NCBI GenBank assembly: GCA_045563135.1
Contig: JBJKUL010000001.1
Span: 100,731-164,730 of the forward strand
Reading direction: 5' to 3'
Length of the DNA: 64,000 nucleotides
DNA from: Candidatus Actinomarina sp.
Lineage (GTDB): Bacteria; Actinomycetota; Acidimicrobiia; Actinomarinales; Actinomarinaceae
The notes beneath the pieces were generated by a model. That model was not told the DNA's origin, made no database searches, and saw only the letters and a program-made list of their open reading frames with translations. Positions within the stretch are counted from its first letter, which is position 1, and each line of letters begins with the position of its first letter. Made by a program: the position numbers and the translations under genes. This document shows, piece by piece, positions 27,834-37,604 of the stretch.

Positions 27834-29663
27834 TTGCTTATGGCAAAAGAAAATATTAGAAATATAGCAATAATTGCCCATGTTGACCATGGTAAAACAA
27901 CATTAGTTGATGGACTTCTTCAGCAAAGTGGAACATTTAGCGAGCATCAAGTGTTAGAAGAAAGAGTTATGGATTCAGGTGATCTCGAAAAAGAAAGAGG
28001 CATAACTATTACATCAAAAAATACGGCAATTCACTACAACAATATAAAAATAAATATAGTCGATACACCTGGTCACGCTGACTTTGGTGGCGAAGTTGAA
28101 AGGAGTCTTAACTTAGTTGACGGAGTTCTTTTATTAGTTGATTCAAGTGAAGGACCATTACCTCAAACAAGATTTGTCTTGAAAAAAGCCCTCGAGAGAA
28201 ACTTACCTGTAATATTGGTGATAAATAAAATTGATAGATCTGATGCCCGAATTGATGAAGTAGTTGAAGAGGTTTATGATTTATTTATTGACTTAGATGC
28301 AAATGACAAGCAAATCGAATTTCCTATCGTATACACAAATGCAAAAGATGGAGTTGCTCATGAGTCACTAGGAGATGAGTCTACAGATTTAATTCCTTTG
28401 CTTAATTTGATAACAAGTTTTTTTAGTGGACCTGAAACTGATGACACATTAATTCCACAATTCTTAGTAACAAACCTTGCTTATGACTCTTATGTTGGAC
28501 AAGTTGCAATTGGCAGATTAGACAATGGAATTCTTGAGCTTAATAAACAATACAGTTTATGCGGGAAAGAAGAAACTATAAATAACCAAAAGTTTTCTGC
28601 ATTATATACATTTAAAGGATTAGAAAAAGTAAAGGTTGAAGCCCTTGAATCAGGAGATATTATCGCAGTAGCTGGAATAGACAATATCCAAATCGGAGAT
28701 ACCATTTCAAGCAATGACAATCCCAGCCCACTTCCAAGAATTGAAATTGACGAACCCACTGTCTCAATATTTTTTCATGTAAACAATGGCCCTTTTGCGG
28801 GTAGAGAAGGCAAATATGTGACTTCAAGAAATATTAATGACAGGCTGCAAAAAGAAATTTTAAGTAATGTCTCACTTCAGATTATTCCAAGTGATAAAAC
28901 AGACGTCTTTGAAGTTAGGGGCCGTGGAGAGTTGCAAATGGCAGTATTGATTGAGACTATGCGTAGAGAAGGATATGAATTCATGGTTTCACGGCCAGAA
29001 GTGATCATAAAAGAAATTGACGGCAAGAAAAATGAACCAATGGAAAAAGTTTTTATAGATACACCGGAAGATTATGTTGGAGTGATTACTGAAAAGCTTT
29101 CTAAAAGGAAAGGTAAAATGACTAATCTAATGAACAATGGATTTGGTAGAGCAACATTGGAATTTTCCATCCCCTCTAGGGGTTTAATTGGTTTCCGAAA
29201 CCAATTTCTGACCGACACAAGAGGTTCAGGAATTATGAACTCTTTATTTGATGGTTATGCACCTTGGTCAGGTGAAATTCCACAAAGAACTAATGGTGTG
29301 TTAATTTCTGATAGAAATGGAAAAGTTACACCATATGCAAGTCTCGCAATGGTTGACAGAGGGGTCTTGTTTGTACCACCTGGTACAGAGGTATATGAAG
29401 GAATGATTATAGGAGAGAGAAATAACGAAGGAGATCTTGAAGTCAATATTACCAAAGAAAAGAAACTTACTAACCATCGTGCTTCTGGCTCAGATGAGAC
29501 CATTCCACTAAGACCACCGCAGTTAATGTCTTTAGATCAATGCATAGAATTTATTTCAGAAGGAGAGTTTGTTGAAGTAACACCTGAATCAATCAGATTA
29601 AGAAAATCAGAACTTAACGCCACCCAAAGAGCTTTAAATAAAAAGAAGGAAAAAAAATCCTAA
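27834..29663 (+). CDS. typA: Translational GTPase TypA/BipA
   Basis: IRNIAIIAHVDHGKTTLVD, DTPGHADF and NKIDR G-motifs. The five-domain BipA architecture is present and there is no SelB-type C-terminal winged-helix extension. Confidence 0.9.
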   Translation: MLMAKENIRNIAIIAHVDHGKTTLVDGLLQQSGTFSEHQVLEERVMDSGDLEKERGITITSKNTAIHYNNIKINIVDTPGHADFGGEVERSLNLVDGVLLLVDSSEGPLPQTRFVLKKALERNLPVILVINKIDRSDARIDEVVEEVYDLFIDLDANDKQIEFPIVYTNAKDGVAHESLGDESTDLIPLLNLITSFFSGPETDDTLIPQFLVTNLAYDSYVGQVAIGRLDNGILELNKQYSLCGKEETINNQKFSALYTFKGLEKVKVEALESGDIIAVAGIDNIQIGDTISSNDNPSPLPRIEIDEPTVSIFFHVNNGPFAGREGKYVTSRNINDRLQKEILSNVSLQIIPSDKTDVFEVRGRGELQMAVLIETMRREGYEFMVSRPEVIIKEIDGKKNEPMEKVFIDTPEDYVGVITEKLSKRKGKMTNLMNNGFGRATLEFSIPSRGLIGFRNQFLTDTRGSGIMNSLFDGYAPWSGEIPQRTNGVLISDRNGKVTPYASLAMVDRGVLFVPPGTEVYEGMIIGERNNEGDLEVNITKEKKLTNHRASGSDETIPLRPPQLMSLDQCIEFISEGEFVEVTPESIRLRKSELNATQRALNKKKEKKS

Positions 29664-29666
29664 ATT

Positions 29667-30515
29667 TTAAGCTTGAATCCAATCTTCAGGATTGTCATCA
29701 ACAAAAAAATCACTAACTAAAGTTTCTCCAGGTTGAATTGCATACTGCTCAAAATCTGTAACTCCTTCTTCTTCTAAGACATCTTGATCAAGGAAAAAGT
29801 TCCCCGTACACTCTGCTGAGTTCCTTTTGAGTACTGCATATGCTGCATCTGCATAGATTGATGGTTTACGAGAACCTTTCACTAGCTCAGCTCCAATAAC
29901 ATTTCTTACTGCGGCTGTATCAAGAGATGTCCGTGGCCACAAACAGTTAGAAGCAATTTGATCTTTTTTGAACTCCTCCGCAAGGCCGTGGGCAACAAGT
30001 GACATGCCGTATTTCGCTGTTGTGTAAGCTAAAGTCATTCCAAACCATTTCCTGGAAATGTTCAAAGGAGGGGATAGTGTCAAAATATGAGCATTCTCGC
30101 TTTTTTTGAGATGAGGGATACACTGCTGACTCAATAAAAATGTTCCACGAACATTTATATTATGCATTAGGTCATATCTTTTCATAGGAGTATTTACAGT
30201 ATCAGAAAGATGAATAGCACTAGCGTTGTTTATACAGATATCAATTCCACCAAATTTTTCAACACACTGTTCAACCGCCGATGCCACTTGGTCTTCAAAT
30301 CTTATGTCACAAACGACTGGTAAAGCATTTCCGCCTGCTGCTTCGATTTCCTCTGCTGCTGTATATATAGTTCCAGGTAGGGTTGGATGGGGTTCAGTTG
30401 TTTTAGCCAAGATTACAATGTTTGCACCATCTTTAGCTAATGTCTTTCCAATCTCTAAACCAATACCTCTTGAGCCACCACTCATAATTACTGTTTTGTT
30501 TTTAAAATTTTCCAT
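29667..30515 (-). CDS. SDR-family oxidoreductase (HSDL2-like)
   Basis: SGGSRGIGLEIGKTLAKDGANIV Rossmann motif, an NNAS motif and a YxxxK catalytic pair. Confidence 0.85.
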   Translation of the reverse strand: MENFKNKTVIMSGGSRGIGLEIGKTLAKDGANIVILAKTTEPHPTLPGTIYTAAEEIEAAGGNALPVVCDIRFEDQVASAVEQCVEKFGGIDICINNASAIHLSDTVNTPMKRYDLMHNINVRGTFLLSQQCIPHLKKSENAHILTLSPPLNISRKWFGMTLAYTTAKYGMSLVAHGLAEEFKKDQIASNCLWPRTSLDTAAVRNVIGAELVKGSRKPSIYADAAYAVLKRNSAECTGNFFLDQDVLEEEGVTDFEQYAIQPGETLVSDFFVDDNPEDWIQA

Positions 30516-30527
30516 AGATGTATTGTA

Positions 30528-31790
30528 TTAAAATTGTTGTTCTTCTGTAGAGTCTTTTTTAGAAAGTAGCTTTGAGTCACTGCCCATAACTATCTCACCT
30601 ATCGACTCATAATAATCTCCTCCAACTTCTTGTTGATGTTTAATAGCTGTGTACCCATCTTTAGACAGTTCTAGTTCATTTTTTTGTAAATCTACAATTG
30701 CCTTCATGTTCCCTCCTTTATAGTTTTTAGCTAATTCATACATGGAGCTTGCCATTGAGTGAAATCCAGCCAAAGAAACAAATTGAAGAGAATAACCAAA
30801 ATCAGCAAGACTCTGTTGGAATTTTATTATTTCTTCATCTGCAAACTTGTCTGTCCAGTTAAACGAAGGAGAGCAGTTATAAGCTAAAATTTTATCAGGA
30901 TAATGCTTTCTTATTTCTGAAGCAAATTCTTTTGCAAATCCAAGATCTGGCGTGTTTGTTTCGCACCAAATGACATCTGCATATTCTGCGTATGATAAGG
31001 ATTTAGAAATCGCCATTTCGTGATTTTTTTCAATAGGGTAATATCCATCAGCAGTTCTTTTATTGCTCAAATATGGTTTGTCACTTTCGTCAAAATCTGA
31101 TGTCATTAATTTAGCGTTTAATGAATCTGTTCTAGCTATAAGGACTATTGGAGAGCCCAATACATCTGAGGCTAATCTTGCAGAAGTTAACTTATTTATA
31201 TATTCATGTGTTGGAATTACAACCTTGCCACCCATATGACCACATTTTTTTTCTGAAGCTAACTGATCCTCAAAGTGCAATCCTGCTATTCCAGAATGAA
31301 TAAACTGTGAAGTAAGATTAAAAACATTATAAACCCCTCCAAAACCAGATTCAGCATCTGCAATTATTGGGGGAACCTCAATTTTTTTAAGCTCAACCAT
31401 CTTTTGTAGCATTGTGTTATTTATCTTCTCTACAAAATTTGGGCCACTGTTTGATGGGTATAAAGATAGGTCGGGATATGTATTAATTCCATTATTACTT
31501 TCAGCAGCTACTTGCCAGCCACTCACATAAATAAATTCATAGTCAAGGTTAAACATCTGCAATGCTTGTTGAGCAGTAGATGCACCAAGACCAGATATAA
31601 AATGTTCTTTTTGATTAAGTAGCTTCCACAATTTGGATGCCCCTCGTTCTGAGATTGGACTTATAGTTTTGAATGGTGCTCTTAACTTTTGAATATCTTC
31701 TGGTAAGTACTTTCTATTTAGATCTTTCCACCGATCAGATTCAATATATTTATTTATCTGTGTAAGGTCATTAAAAGAATCACTGCTCAT
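30528..31790 (-). CDS. aceA: Isocitrate lyase
   Basis: ICL signature KKCGHMGGK. Near-colinear with M. tuberculosis Icl (LSGWQVA, YPDxSLYP, ILAYNCSPSFNW). Confidence 0.95.
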   Translation of the reverse strand: MSSDSFNDLTQINKYIESDRWKDLNRKYLPEDIQKLRAPFKTISPISERGASKLWKLLNQKEHFISGLGASTAQQALQMFNLDYEFIYVSGWQVAAESNNGINTYPDLSLYPSNSGPNFVEKINNTMLQKMVELKKIEVPPIIADAESGFGGVYNVFNLTSQFIHSGIAGLHFEDQLASEKKCGHMGGKVVIPTHEYINKLTSARLASDVLGSPIVLIARTDSLNAKLMTSDFDESDKPYLSNKRTADGYYPIEKNHEMAISKSLSYAEYADVIWCETNTPDLGFAKEFASEIRKHYPDKILAYNCSPSFNWTDKFADEEIIKFQQSLADFGYSLQFVSLAGFHSMASSMYELAKNYKGGNMKAIVDLQKNELELSKDGYTAIKHQQEVGGDYYESIGEIVMGSDSKLLSKKDSTEEQQF

Positions 31791-31795
31791 AAAAT

Positions 31796-32908
31796 TTAAA
31801 GTTGGCTTGCAGCAACTGAAGCAATAATTATTGTGAGGGTAATTATTCCGAGAGCTGTAATGAGAACTTCGTTCTTTGTGATTTTTATTTTAGGACCTGC
31901 GCTCATCAAAGCTGAGAAAAGTAAAATTGCGGCTGAAATTATTAATGCAAATAGTGGAGCATAGTCATGAAAATTGATAAAAACTTGAGATATAAGTACA
32001 GCAATTATACCCCCAACTAAAATTGCACCTAAAGGAATAACTGCTGAACCAGTGATTCTATTTCGAATAATAACCGCTTCTTCTTCTTCAAAAAGCTCTA
32101 AACCTTTGGGTACGCCCAGAAGTATTGAGATTACTGAAATTAGCGCCTGAAAAAGAGTTGACATTAAAACGATTCTCCAAAAAGATCCAAAAACTGGAAG
32201 CAAAAATAATGTTGGATCTTCTGGAAGAATTGGCTCAATTGTTTGACCAATTGATGATGTTATAAAGAATCCGGTGATTGATCCAAACATTAACCCTAAC
32301 CCAGTGCCTTGAAAGATTGATTCCCTATCACTTGTTTTTATGCCATGACCAATAAAGTTGGCTTCAAGTAGTTTCTTAACATTAACTGTATTTATAACTG
32401 CAAAAAAAGTTGTTAGAAGTGTTAAAGCAACAATGTAAGTAGTTTTCTTATATTCTGTTATAAGATTGAAAGTTTCAGATTCAAGAATCAAACCATCATA
32501 AAGATATGTACTTATAGCAATTGCTTGAATAAATCCAGTGATAATCCCAAATAAAGATCCATACTGTAATGCGCGTGCAACTTTTGAAAATAAATCTGCA
32601 GGTGGTTCGATAAACTCCTCAACAACTTCGGTTGCTACAGGAGCTTCCTCAACAACTTCGGTTGCTACAGGAGCTTCCTCAACAACTTCGGTTGCTACAG
32701 GAGCTTCCTCAACAACTTCGGTTGCTACAGGAGCTTCCTCAACAACTTCGGTTGCTACAGGAGCTGCGGGGCTTCCAGAGGACCAACTTGAAAGAATTGA
32801 ATTTATGTCAACGCCATTAGCTTCTGCTCTCGCCTGAGCTGATCGCGAAACTAGCATCTGAGGAACACCAGTTGTGTTACTAATTTCTTCTATAAGTTTT
32901 TCATCCAT
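31796..32908 (-). CDS. Polytopic membrane protein with an N-terminal soluble region containing five tandem PVATEVVEEA repeats, hypothetical
   Basis: 370 aa with a repeat region followed by about 8 TM helices. It sits 4 nt upstream of aceA within the cta/aceA minus-strand gene string. Confidence 0.5.
   Translation of the reverse strand: MDEKLIEEISNTTGVPQMLVSRSAQARAEANGVDINSILSSWSSGSPAAPVATEVVEEAPVATEVVEEAPVATEVVEEAPVATEVVEEAPVATEVVEEFIEPPADLFSKVARALQYGSLFGIITGFIQAIAISTYLYDGLILESETFNLITEYKKTTYIVALTLLTTFFAVINTVNVKKLLEANFIGHGIKTSDRESIFQGTGLGLMFGSITGFFITSSIGQTIEPILPEDPTLFLLPVFGSFWRIVLMSTLFQALISVISILLGVPKGLELFEEEEAVIIRNRITGSAVIPLGAILVGGIIAVLISQVFINFHDYAPLFALIISAAILLFSALMSAGPKIKITKNEVLITALGIITLTIIIASVAASQL
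32611..32770 (-). repeat. Perfect 30-nt tandem repeat (about 5 copies) encoding PVATEVVEEA
   Basis: The plus strand reads gagcttcctcaacaacttcggttgctacag repeated. Confidence 0.9.
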
Positions 32909-32925
32909 AATATTCTTATTAAATT

Positions 32926-33708
32926 TTAGTCGTTAGTTGAAGTTCTAACTACATCATCGAAGGTTTTTTCAGTTTTATACCAACTCATCCAAGTTATTAA
33001 AATAAATATCCACAGAATTAAACCACCACCCAATTTCAGGACAAGTCCAGCCATAGTTTGATCATTAATAACCGATACATTAAAAATATTTTCAACCTCA
33101 AGATATGCGGAATACAATGGCTCCGTTCCAAATGCTAGGAAGCTTGCCGGAATCGTAGGTAACAAAGACTGAAGAAAAAGATAGGCTATCTTACCGGGAG
33201 CACTTAGTTGTTTGATATCTTTGGTTAGTCCTATTACGGGAATCCACATATTCAAAGAAACTAAAAGCATTACTCCATGGATAAGGAAATGAAAGAGAGT
33301 ATTAGTAACCATTAAATTAATTACATTAGTCCAGTGCATGCCAACCATAACAAAATTAAAAAGAAAAAATGCAACCACGGGTTTAGTTGTTACTTGCAAA
33401 AGTGAAATTAAAGGTTTCACAGAAATTAATTTTTTTTGTGCACTATTCAAGCCATTTAGCAGCAGGGGGGGAGCAACTAGTGCTAGTACTAAGTGTTCTG
33501 CTGAGTGTACGGAGAATAAATATTTTTCACCAATATCATGAATTGGCCAATCTGTGAATAGCCAGAGGAAGAATAATCCCGAATACCATGATCTTCTTTT
33601 ATTTTTTTTAATATCAGAATTGTCAGTGGAGTATTCAAAGAAAACTATAAGTGAAACTATCAGTGCCCAGACGTCATAGTGTGGGTGCCAAACTAAACTA
33701 CTCATCAA
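32926..33708 (-). CDS. ctaG: Cytochrome c oxidase caa3-type assembly factor CtaG-like membrane protein
   Basis: 260-aa polytopic protein immediately downstream of ctaF. Its start overlaps the ctaF stop. Conserved His residues are present. Confidence 0.5.
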   Translation of the reverse strand: MMSSLVWHPHYDVWALIVSLIVFFEYSTDNSDIKKNKRRSWYSGLFFLWLFTDWPIHDIGEKYLFSVHSAEHLVLALVAPPLLLNGLNSAQKKLISVKPLISLLQVTTKPVVAFFLFNFVMVGMHWTNVINLMVTNTLFHFLIHGVMLLVSLNMWIPVIGLTKDIKQLSAPGKIAYLFLQSLLPTIPASFLAFGTEPLYSAYLEVENIFNVSVINDQTMAGLVLKLGGGLILWIFILITWMSWYKTEKTFDDVVRTSTND

Positions 33709-34004
33709 ATAAAGTTTGCAGCAGCTCTTTCGAACATAACAATTGCAAATAAGATGAGTGCTAAAATCATTCCACCAGTAAAAAATTTGTTTATCAGAGA
33801 GTTTTCAAACCTCAAGTGCATAAACCAACCAACAACAATTACAAACTTACCAACAGCTAAAATTATCAAGAGAGGGTCAGTAAACACTCCAACAAAGTCT
33901 TCGGTGTAGTATAAAGCAACTTCAATTGCAGTAAGAACACCTAGGACTAATGCTATCTGAACATATTGAGCAGGCTTTGGGTGCGGTTTGTGATCAACTG
34001 ACAT
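33705..34004 (-). CDS. ctaF: Cytochrome c oxidase subunit IV (prokaryotic CoxD/CtaF type). The start is trimmed to the ATG that overlaps the ctaE stop
   Basis: The track ORF (to 34133) runs 130 nt into ctaE. The ATG at 34004..34002 shares its A with the ctaE TGA stop. The 100-aa product has 3 TM helices and an FMHL motif. Confidence 0.6.
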   Translation of the reverse strand: MSVDHKPHPKPAQYVQIALVLGVLTAIEVALYYTEDFVGVFTDPLLIILAVGKFVIVVGWFMHLRFENSLINKFFTGGMILALILFAIVMFERAAANFI

Positions 34005-34588
34005 CAGATTAGGTAAACCACTGTGAAAAGGACAATCCAAACAATATCTACGAAGTGCCAATATAAGGCGACAAATTCCAAGTTCATTCCACCATCTAAT
34101 GAGAGTCCTTTTTGTCTTTGGCCAATACCCCAAAGAGCTAAAAGCAGAACAACGCCAATAAATACGTGCAACCCATGAAATCCAGTCAAAACATAAAATG
34201 TAGAACTAAAAATATTTGAAGATAGCTCAAATCCCTTATGATAAAATTCAGTAAATTCATAAATTTGACCTGCAAGAAAAACTGCACCCAACATGGCAGT
34301 AGATAGTAACCAAACCCTAGTTTTTTCTTGATCATTGTTTTCTAATGCATTGTGAGCAAGAACCATAGTTAATGAGCTCATTAATAAGACAAATGAACTT
34401 ACAGAAGTGAATGGTATGTCGTAAACATCTGTAAGTTTAATTCCAGGAAAATCTCTTCCCTTGAAGATCATAAATGTAGTTATTAAGGTCCCAAAGAAAA
34501 GTATTTCAGTAGATAAAAATATCCAGAATCCTAGTTTTCTAGTTTCAACGCCCGTAGGTTCATGAGGATATGAGTGAGAGTCACTCAT
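34004..34588 (-). CDS. ctaE: Cytochrome c oxidase subunit III
   Basis: 194 aa with 5 TM helices and the typical COX3 HVFIGVVLL / WHFVD motifs. Confidence 0.85.
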   Translation of the reverse strand: MSDSHSYPHEPTGVETRKLGFWIFLSTEILFFGTLITTFMIFKGRDFPGIKLTDVYDIPFTSVSSFVLLMSSLTMVLAHNALENNDQEKTRVWLLSTAMLGAVFLAGQIYEFTEFYHKGFELSSNIFSSTFYVLTGFHGLHVFIGVVLLLALWGIGQRQKGLSLDGGMNLEFVALYWHFVDIVWIVLFTVVYLI

Positions 34589-36542
34589 TTTCTAGATCTT
34601 CCATAAATTCTTCCTCTAAAGGCTCCGTTCCCCATCCAAAGCTACCGATAAGGATTAGCAAAGTACCAAGGATTGCTAAAGGAAGCATTTTATAAATTAC
34701 AGCGTAGCCCAGGAACGGAAGTCCAGATGCCAAGATTATTGGAAAATATGATGGATTTGGAAGGACAATCTCTTCTGACGGGTTTAACCCTTCTTCCTCG
34801 AGTTCTGCTAATAATGCATCTGCTCCTTCTTTCCTAACAGGTCTGCCATCCTCATCCTCATCATATTTCATATGCCAAAAATCATCAAGAGACTTTACTT
34901 CCGGTGCCTTCGAAAAGTTCCATACTGGTGTTGGTGAAGGAATACTCCATTCAATTGTTCGCGCATCCCATGGATCAAATCCAGCTTCTGGGCCTTTTCT
35001 CTTTGAATATATCCAGTTAGCCATAAAGACCAATATGGAAAGAGCAATGATGAATGCTCCTATAGAAACGATTAAGTTCCAAAATCCTAAATTAGTCTCT
35101 TCTGCGTACACCCAAGTTCTTCGAACCTGGCCTTGTAGTCCTAACCAATGCATCGGTCCAAAAGTGAGGTTAAAACCAATTATCATGAGCCAAAAATGTA
35201 TTTTTCCTAAAGCTTCGTTATACATTTTTCCCCATACTTTCGGGAACCAGTAATAGAGACCTGAGAAAATGCCAAACATAGCACCTCCAAAAAGAACATA
35301 GTGAAAATGTGCAACAACATAATATGTATCGGTTTGCTGGGTATCTGCTGGGACAATCGAATGTGTTACTCCACTGAGTCCACCAATAACAAACATACCA
35401 ATAAATCCTAGAGAAAATAGCATCGGTGTATTAAGTTTTAACTTACCTCCCCAAATTGTTCCAAGCCAATTAAATATCTTTACACCAGTTGGCACAGCTA
35501 TAACCATTGTTGATAACCCAAAACCTGCTTGGGCTACAGGACTTATTGCTGATGCAAACATGTGATGTGCCCACACTCCAAAACCAATAAATGCTATACC
35601 GAACCCTGCAAACACTATTGCTGGATAGCCGAAAAGAGGCTTTCTAGAGAAAGTAGGTAAGACCTCAGAGACAATTCCAAAGGCAGGAAGTATTAATATG
35701 TATACTTCAGGGTGACCAAATAACCAAAATAGATGTTGCCATAATATTGGGTCACCTCCACCTTCGGTCAAAAAGAAAGTTGTTCCAAATTGTCTATCAA
35801 ATGTTACATAAAAGAGTGCTATAGCAATTATTGGTAATGAGAATGCAAGTAAAAATGAAACTGCAAATGTCATCCAGGTGAATACGGGCATTCTCATTAG
35901 TCTCATACCTTTAGTTCTCATGTTCAGAATTGTTGTTATGAAATTAAATGCTGAGACTAAAGAAGCAATACCAAGAATTTGTAGACCTATAGCCCAATAA
36001 TCCATAGCTGTACCAGGTGAGTATTTAAAACCAGCATTGGGTTGATACCCAAACCAGCCACCATTGGGAGCAGAACCTAATCTACTAACTTCTTCTGCCA
36101 AATAACCACCTTGAGGTGCTCCTGCTGTACCAAATAAGAAAGTTGAATATAGAAAAACTCCTCCAAAGATAAAAATCCAAAAAGAAAGAGCATTTAGCCT
36201 TGGAAAGGCAACATCTCTTGCACCTATTTGCAGAGGTAACAAATAATTAAAAAAAGCAGCACTGATGGGCATAATTGCCAGAAAGATCATCGTGGTACCA
36301 TGCATAGTAAACATAGCGTTGTACTCAGCAGCACTTAAAAAGTTATTGTCTGGAGAAGCTAATTGGATTCTCAACAAGAGGGCTTCAATGCCTCCGATAA
36401 GTAAAAAGAAGAATGCAGCATATCCATACATTATTCCTATTTTTTTGTGGTCAACGGTTGTTATCCAGCTCCATATTCCTGTTTCTGAAGAGGGTCTTTT
36501 AAATATGTTAGATTGTTTTTTTGGTTCAATAATTTTTGTCAT
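34581..36542 (-). CDS. ctaD: Cytochrome c oxidase subunit I (with an extra 2-TM C-terminal extension of about 90 aa)
   Basis: Heme-copper oxidase motifs are present (GHPEVYILILP, WAHHMF, HFHYV). It runs 653 aa versus a typical length of about 550. Confidence 0.95.
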   Translation of the reverse strand: MTKIIEPKKQSNIFKRPSSETGIWSWITTVDHKKIGIMYGYAAFFFLLIGGIEALLLRIQLASPDNNFLSAAEYNAMFTMHGTTMIFLAIMPISAAFFNYLLPLQIGARDVAFPRLNALSFWIFIFGGVFLYSTFLFGTAGAPQGGYLAEEVSRLGSAPNGGWFGYQPNAGFKYSPGTAMDYWAIGLQILGIASLVSAFNFITTILNMRTKGMRLMRMPVFTWMTFAVSFLLAFSLPIIAIALFYVTFDRQFGTTFFLTEGGGDPILWQHLFWLFGHPEVYILILPAFGIVSEVLPTFSRKPLFGYPAIVFAGFGIAFIGFGVWAHHMFASAISPVAQAGFGLSTMVIAVPTGVKIFNWLGTIWGGKLKLNTPMLFSLGFIGMFVIGGLSGVTHSIVPADTQQTDTYYVVAHFHYVLFGGAMFGIFSGLYYWFPKVWGKMYNEALGKIHFWLMIIGFNLTFGPMHWLGLQGQVRRTWVYAEETNLGFWNLIVSIGAFIIALSILVFMANWIYSKRKGPEAGFDPWDARTIEWSIPSPTPVWNFSKAPEVKSLDDFWHMKYDEDEDGRPVRKEGADALLAELEEEGLNPSEEIVLPNPSYFPIILASGLPFLGYAVIYKMLPLAILGTLLILIGSFGWGTEPLEEEFMEDLENE

Positions 36543-37555
36543 TTAAGTGTTCCTAAATAAGCAATTAATGCGTTTATTTCTTTCTCAGTTAATTCTAGAT
36601 TAGGCATGAAAGTACCAGGTTTTATTTCAGCAGGATTTGCAAGCCACTTTGTTAGATTTTCAGGATTATTTTTCAAGGCTGCACCAGCAAAGACACTTCT
36701 ATTTGCAAAATGTGTAAGATTAGGAGCGATTCTATCACCTTGTACATCCCACACCCCATCAATAACATGGCACTGCGTACAGCCTGCATTTAGATAAACA
36801 AGTTGACCTTCAGCAGCTAAGGAAGATTCAGGCAATTCTTTTTCTGCATAAGATTGTTCATTTGCTACCCAGGCAGCAAAATCACTTTCAGTCATAGAAA
36901 TAACCCTTCCTCTCATTTTTGAATGACTTAATCCACAATACTCACCGCATTGAGCCCAGAATTCTTCGGGAGAATCAGCTTGAAGATTAAGATACGTTGT
37001 TTGTCCTGGAACTAGGTATCTTTTTCCGTTTAGTTTAGGGACCCAATAGTTATGTAAAACGTCATTTGACCACATTTCGAGTCTGACGGGTTGGTCTTCA
37101 GGTATTACTAAAACATTCGCAGTAGTTATTCCAAAATCTGGGTATTTGTATTCAAACCACCACTGGTGACCAATTACCTCAATTTTAAGTGCATCCTCTG
37201 GCTCACGAGCAAGATCAAATATTGTTTTTACAGTAGGTACAGCAATTGCTGCCAAAATTAATACAGGAATAATCGTCCAAAGAATTTCCAAGAAGTTATT
37301 TCCATGAATTTGCTTTGGGTCTGGGCTAGATTCCCTCTCCTTAAAATAAAACACTGAAAATAGAAGTGCACCTTGAACAATTACAAAGACACCTACAGCA
37401 ATCCAAAATGTAAGCCAAAAAAGTTCATCAATACTTCTTGCATAAGGGCCTGCGGGACTTAACGAGTCAAGGGGAGCATCTTCTATACAAGAAGCTATGA
37501 AAATAAACCCTAACAAAAAAATTTTTTTACTTTTAAACAATTTCATCTCAAACAA
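36539..37555 (-). CDS. ctaC: Cytochrome c oxidase subunit II with a fused C-terminal cytochrome c domain (caa3-type)
   Basis: CuA site CGEYCGLSHSKM. C-terminal heme-c motif CTQCH. N-terminal lipoprotein-like signal. Confidence 0.9.
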   Translation of the reverse strand: MFEMKLFKSKKIFLLGFIFIASCIEDAPLDSLSPAGPYARSIDELFWLTFWIAVGVFVIVQGALLFSVFYFKERESSPDPKQIHGNNFLEILWTIIPVLILAAIAVPTVKTIFDLAREPEDALKIEVIGHQWWFEYKYPDFGITTANVLVIPEDQPVRLEMWSNDVLHNYWVPKLNGKRYLVPGQTTYLNLQADSPEEFWAQCGEYCGLSHSKMRGRVISMTESDFAAWVANEQSYAEKELPESSLAAEGQLVYLNAGCTQCHVIDGVWDVQGDRIAPNLTHFANRSVFAGAALKNNPENLTKWLANPAEIKPGTFMPNLELTEKEINALIAYLGTLK

Positions 37556-37604
37556 TCCTTAAGGATAGCGTTCAAACTATATATAGTGTAATCATAAGTA
37601 GTAT

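Noticed and set aside
27834-29663. Could the 609-aa translational GTPase be SelB, given the Sec trait?
   Set aside because: The N-terminal motifs (IRNIAIIAHVDHGKTTLVD...), five-domain layout and C-terminal region match TypA/BipA. There are no SelB-type winged-helix SECIS-binding domains. It is TypA.
29664-29667. Convergent typA / SDR junction with essentially no spacer
   Set aside because: No room for terminators and no hairpin seen. It is recorded only as part of the general compaction, not as a feature.
33705-34133. 142-aa ctaF call extending 130 nt into ctaE
   Set aside because: The upstream part overlaps ctaE in another frame. An internal ATG that shares a base with the ctaE TGA gives a 100-aa protein matching prokaryotic COX subunit IV. 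Trimmed rather than accepted as called.
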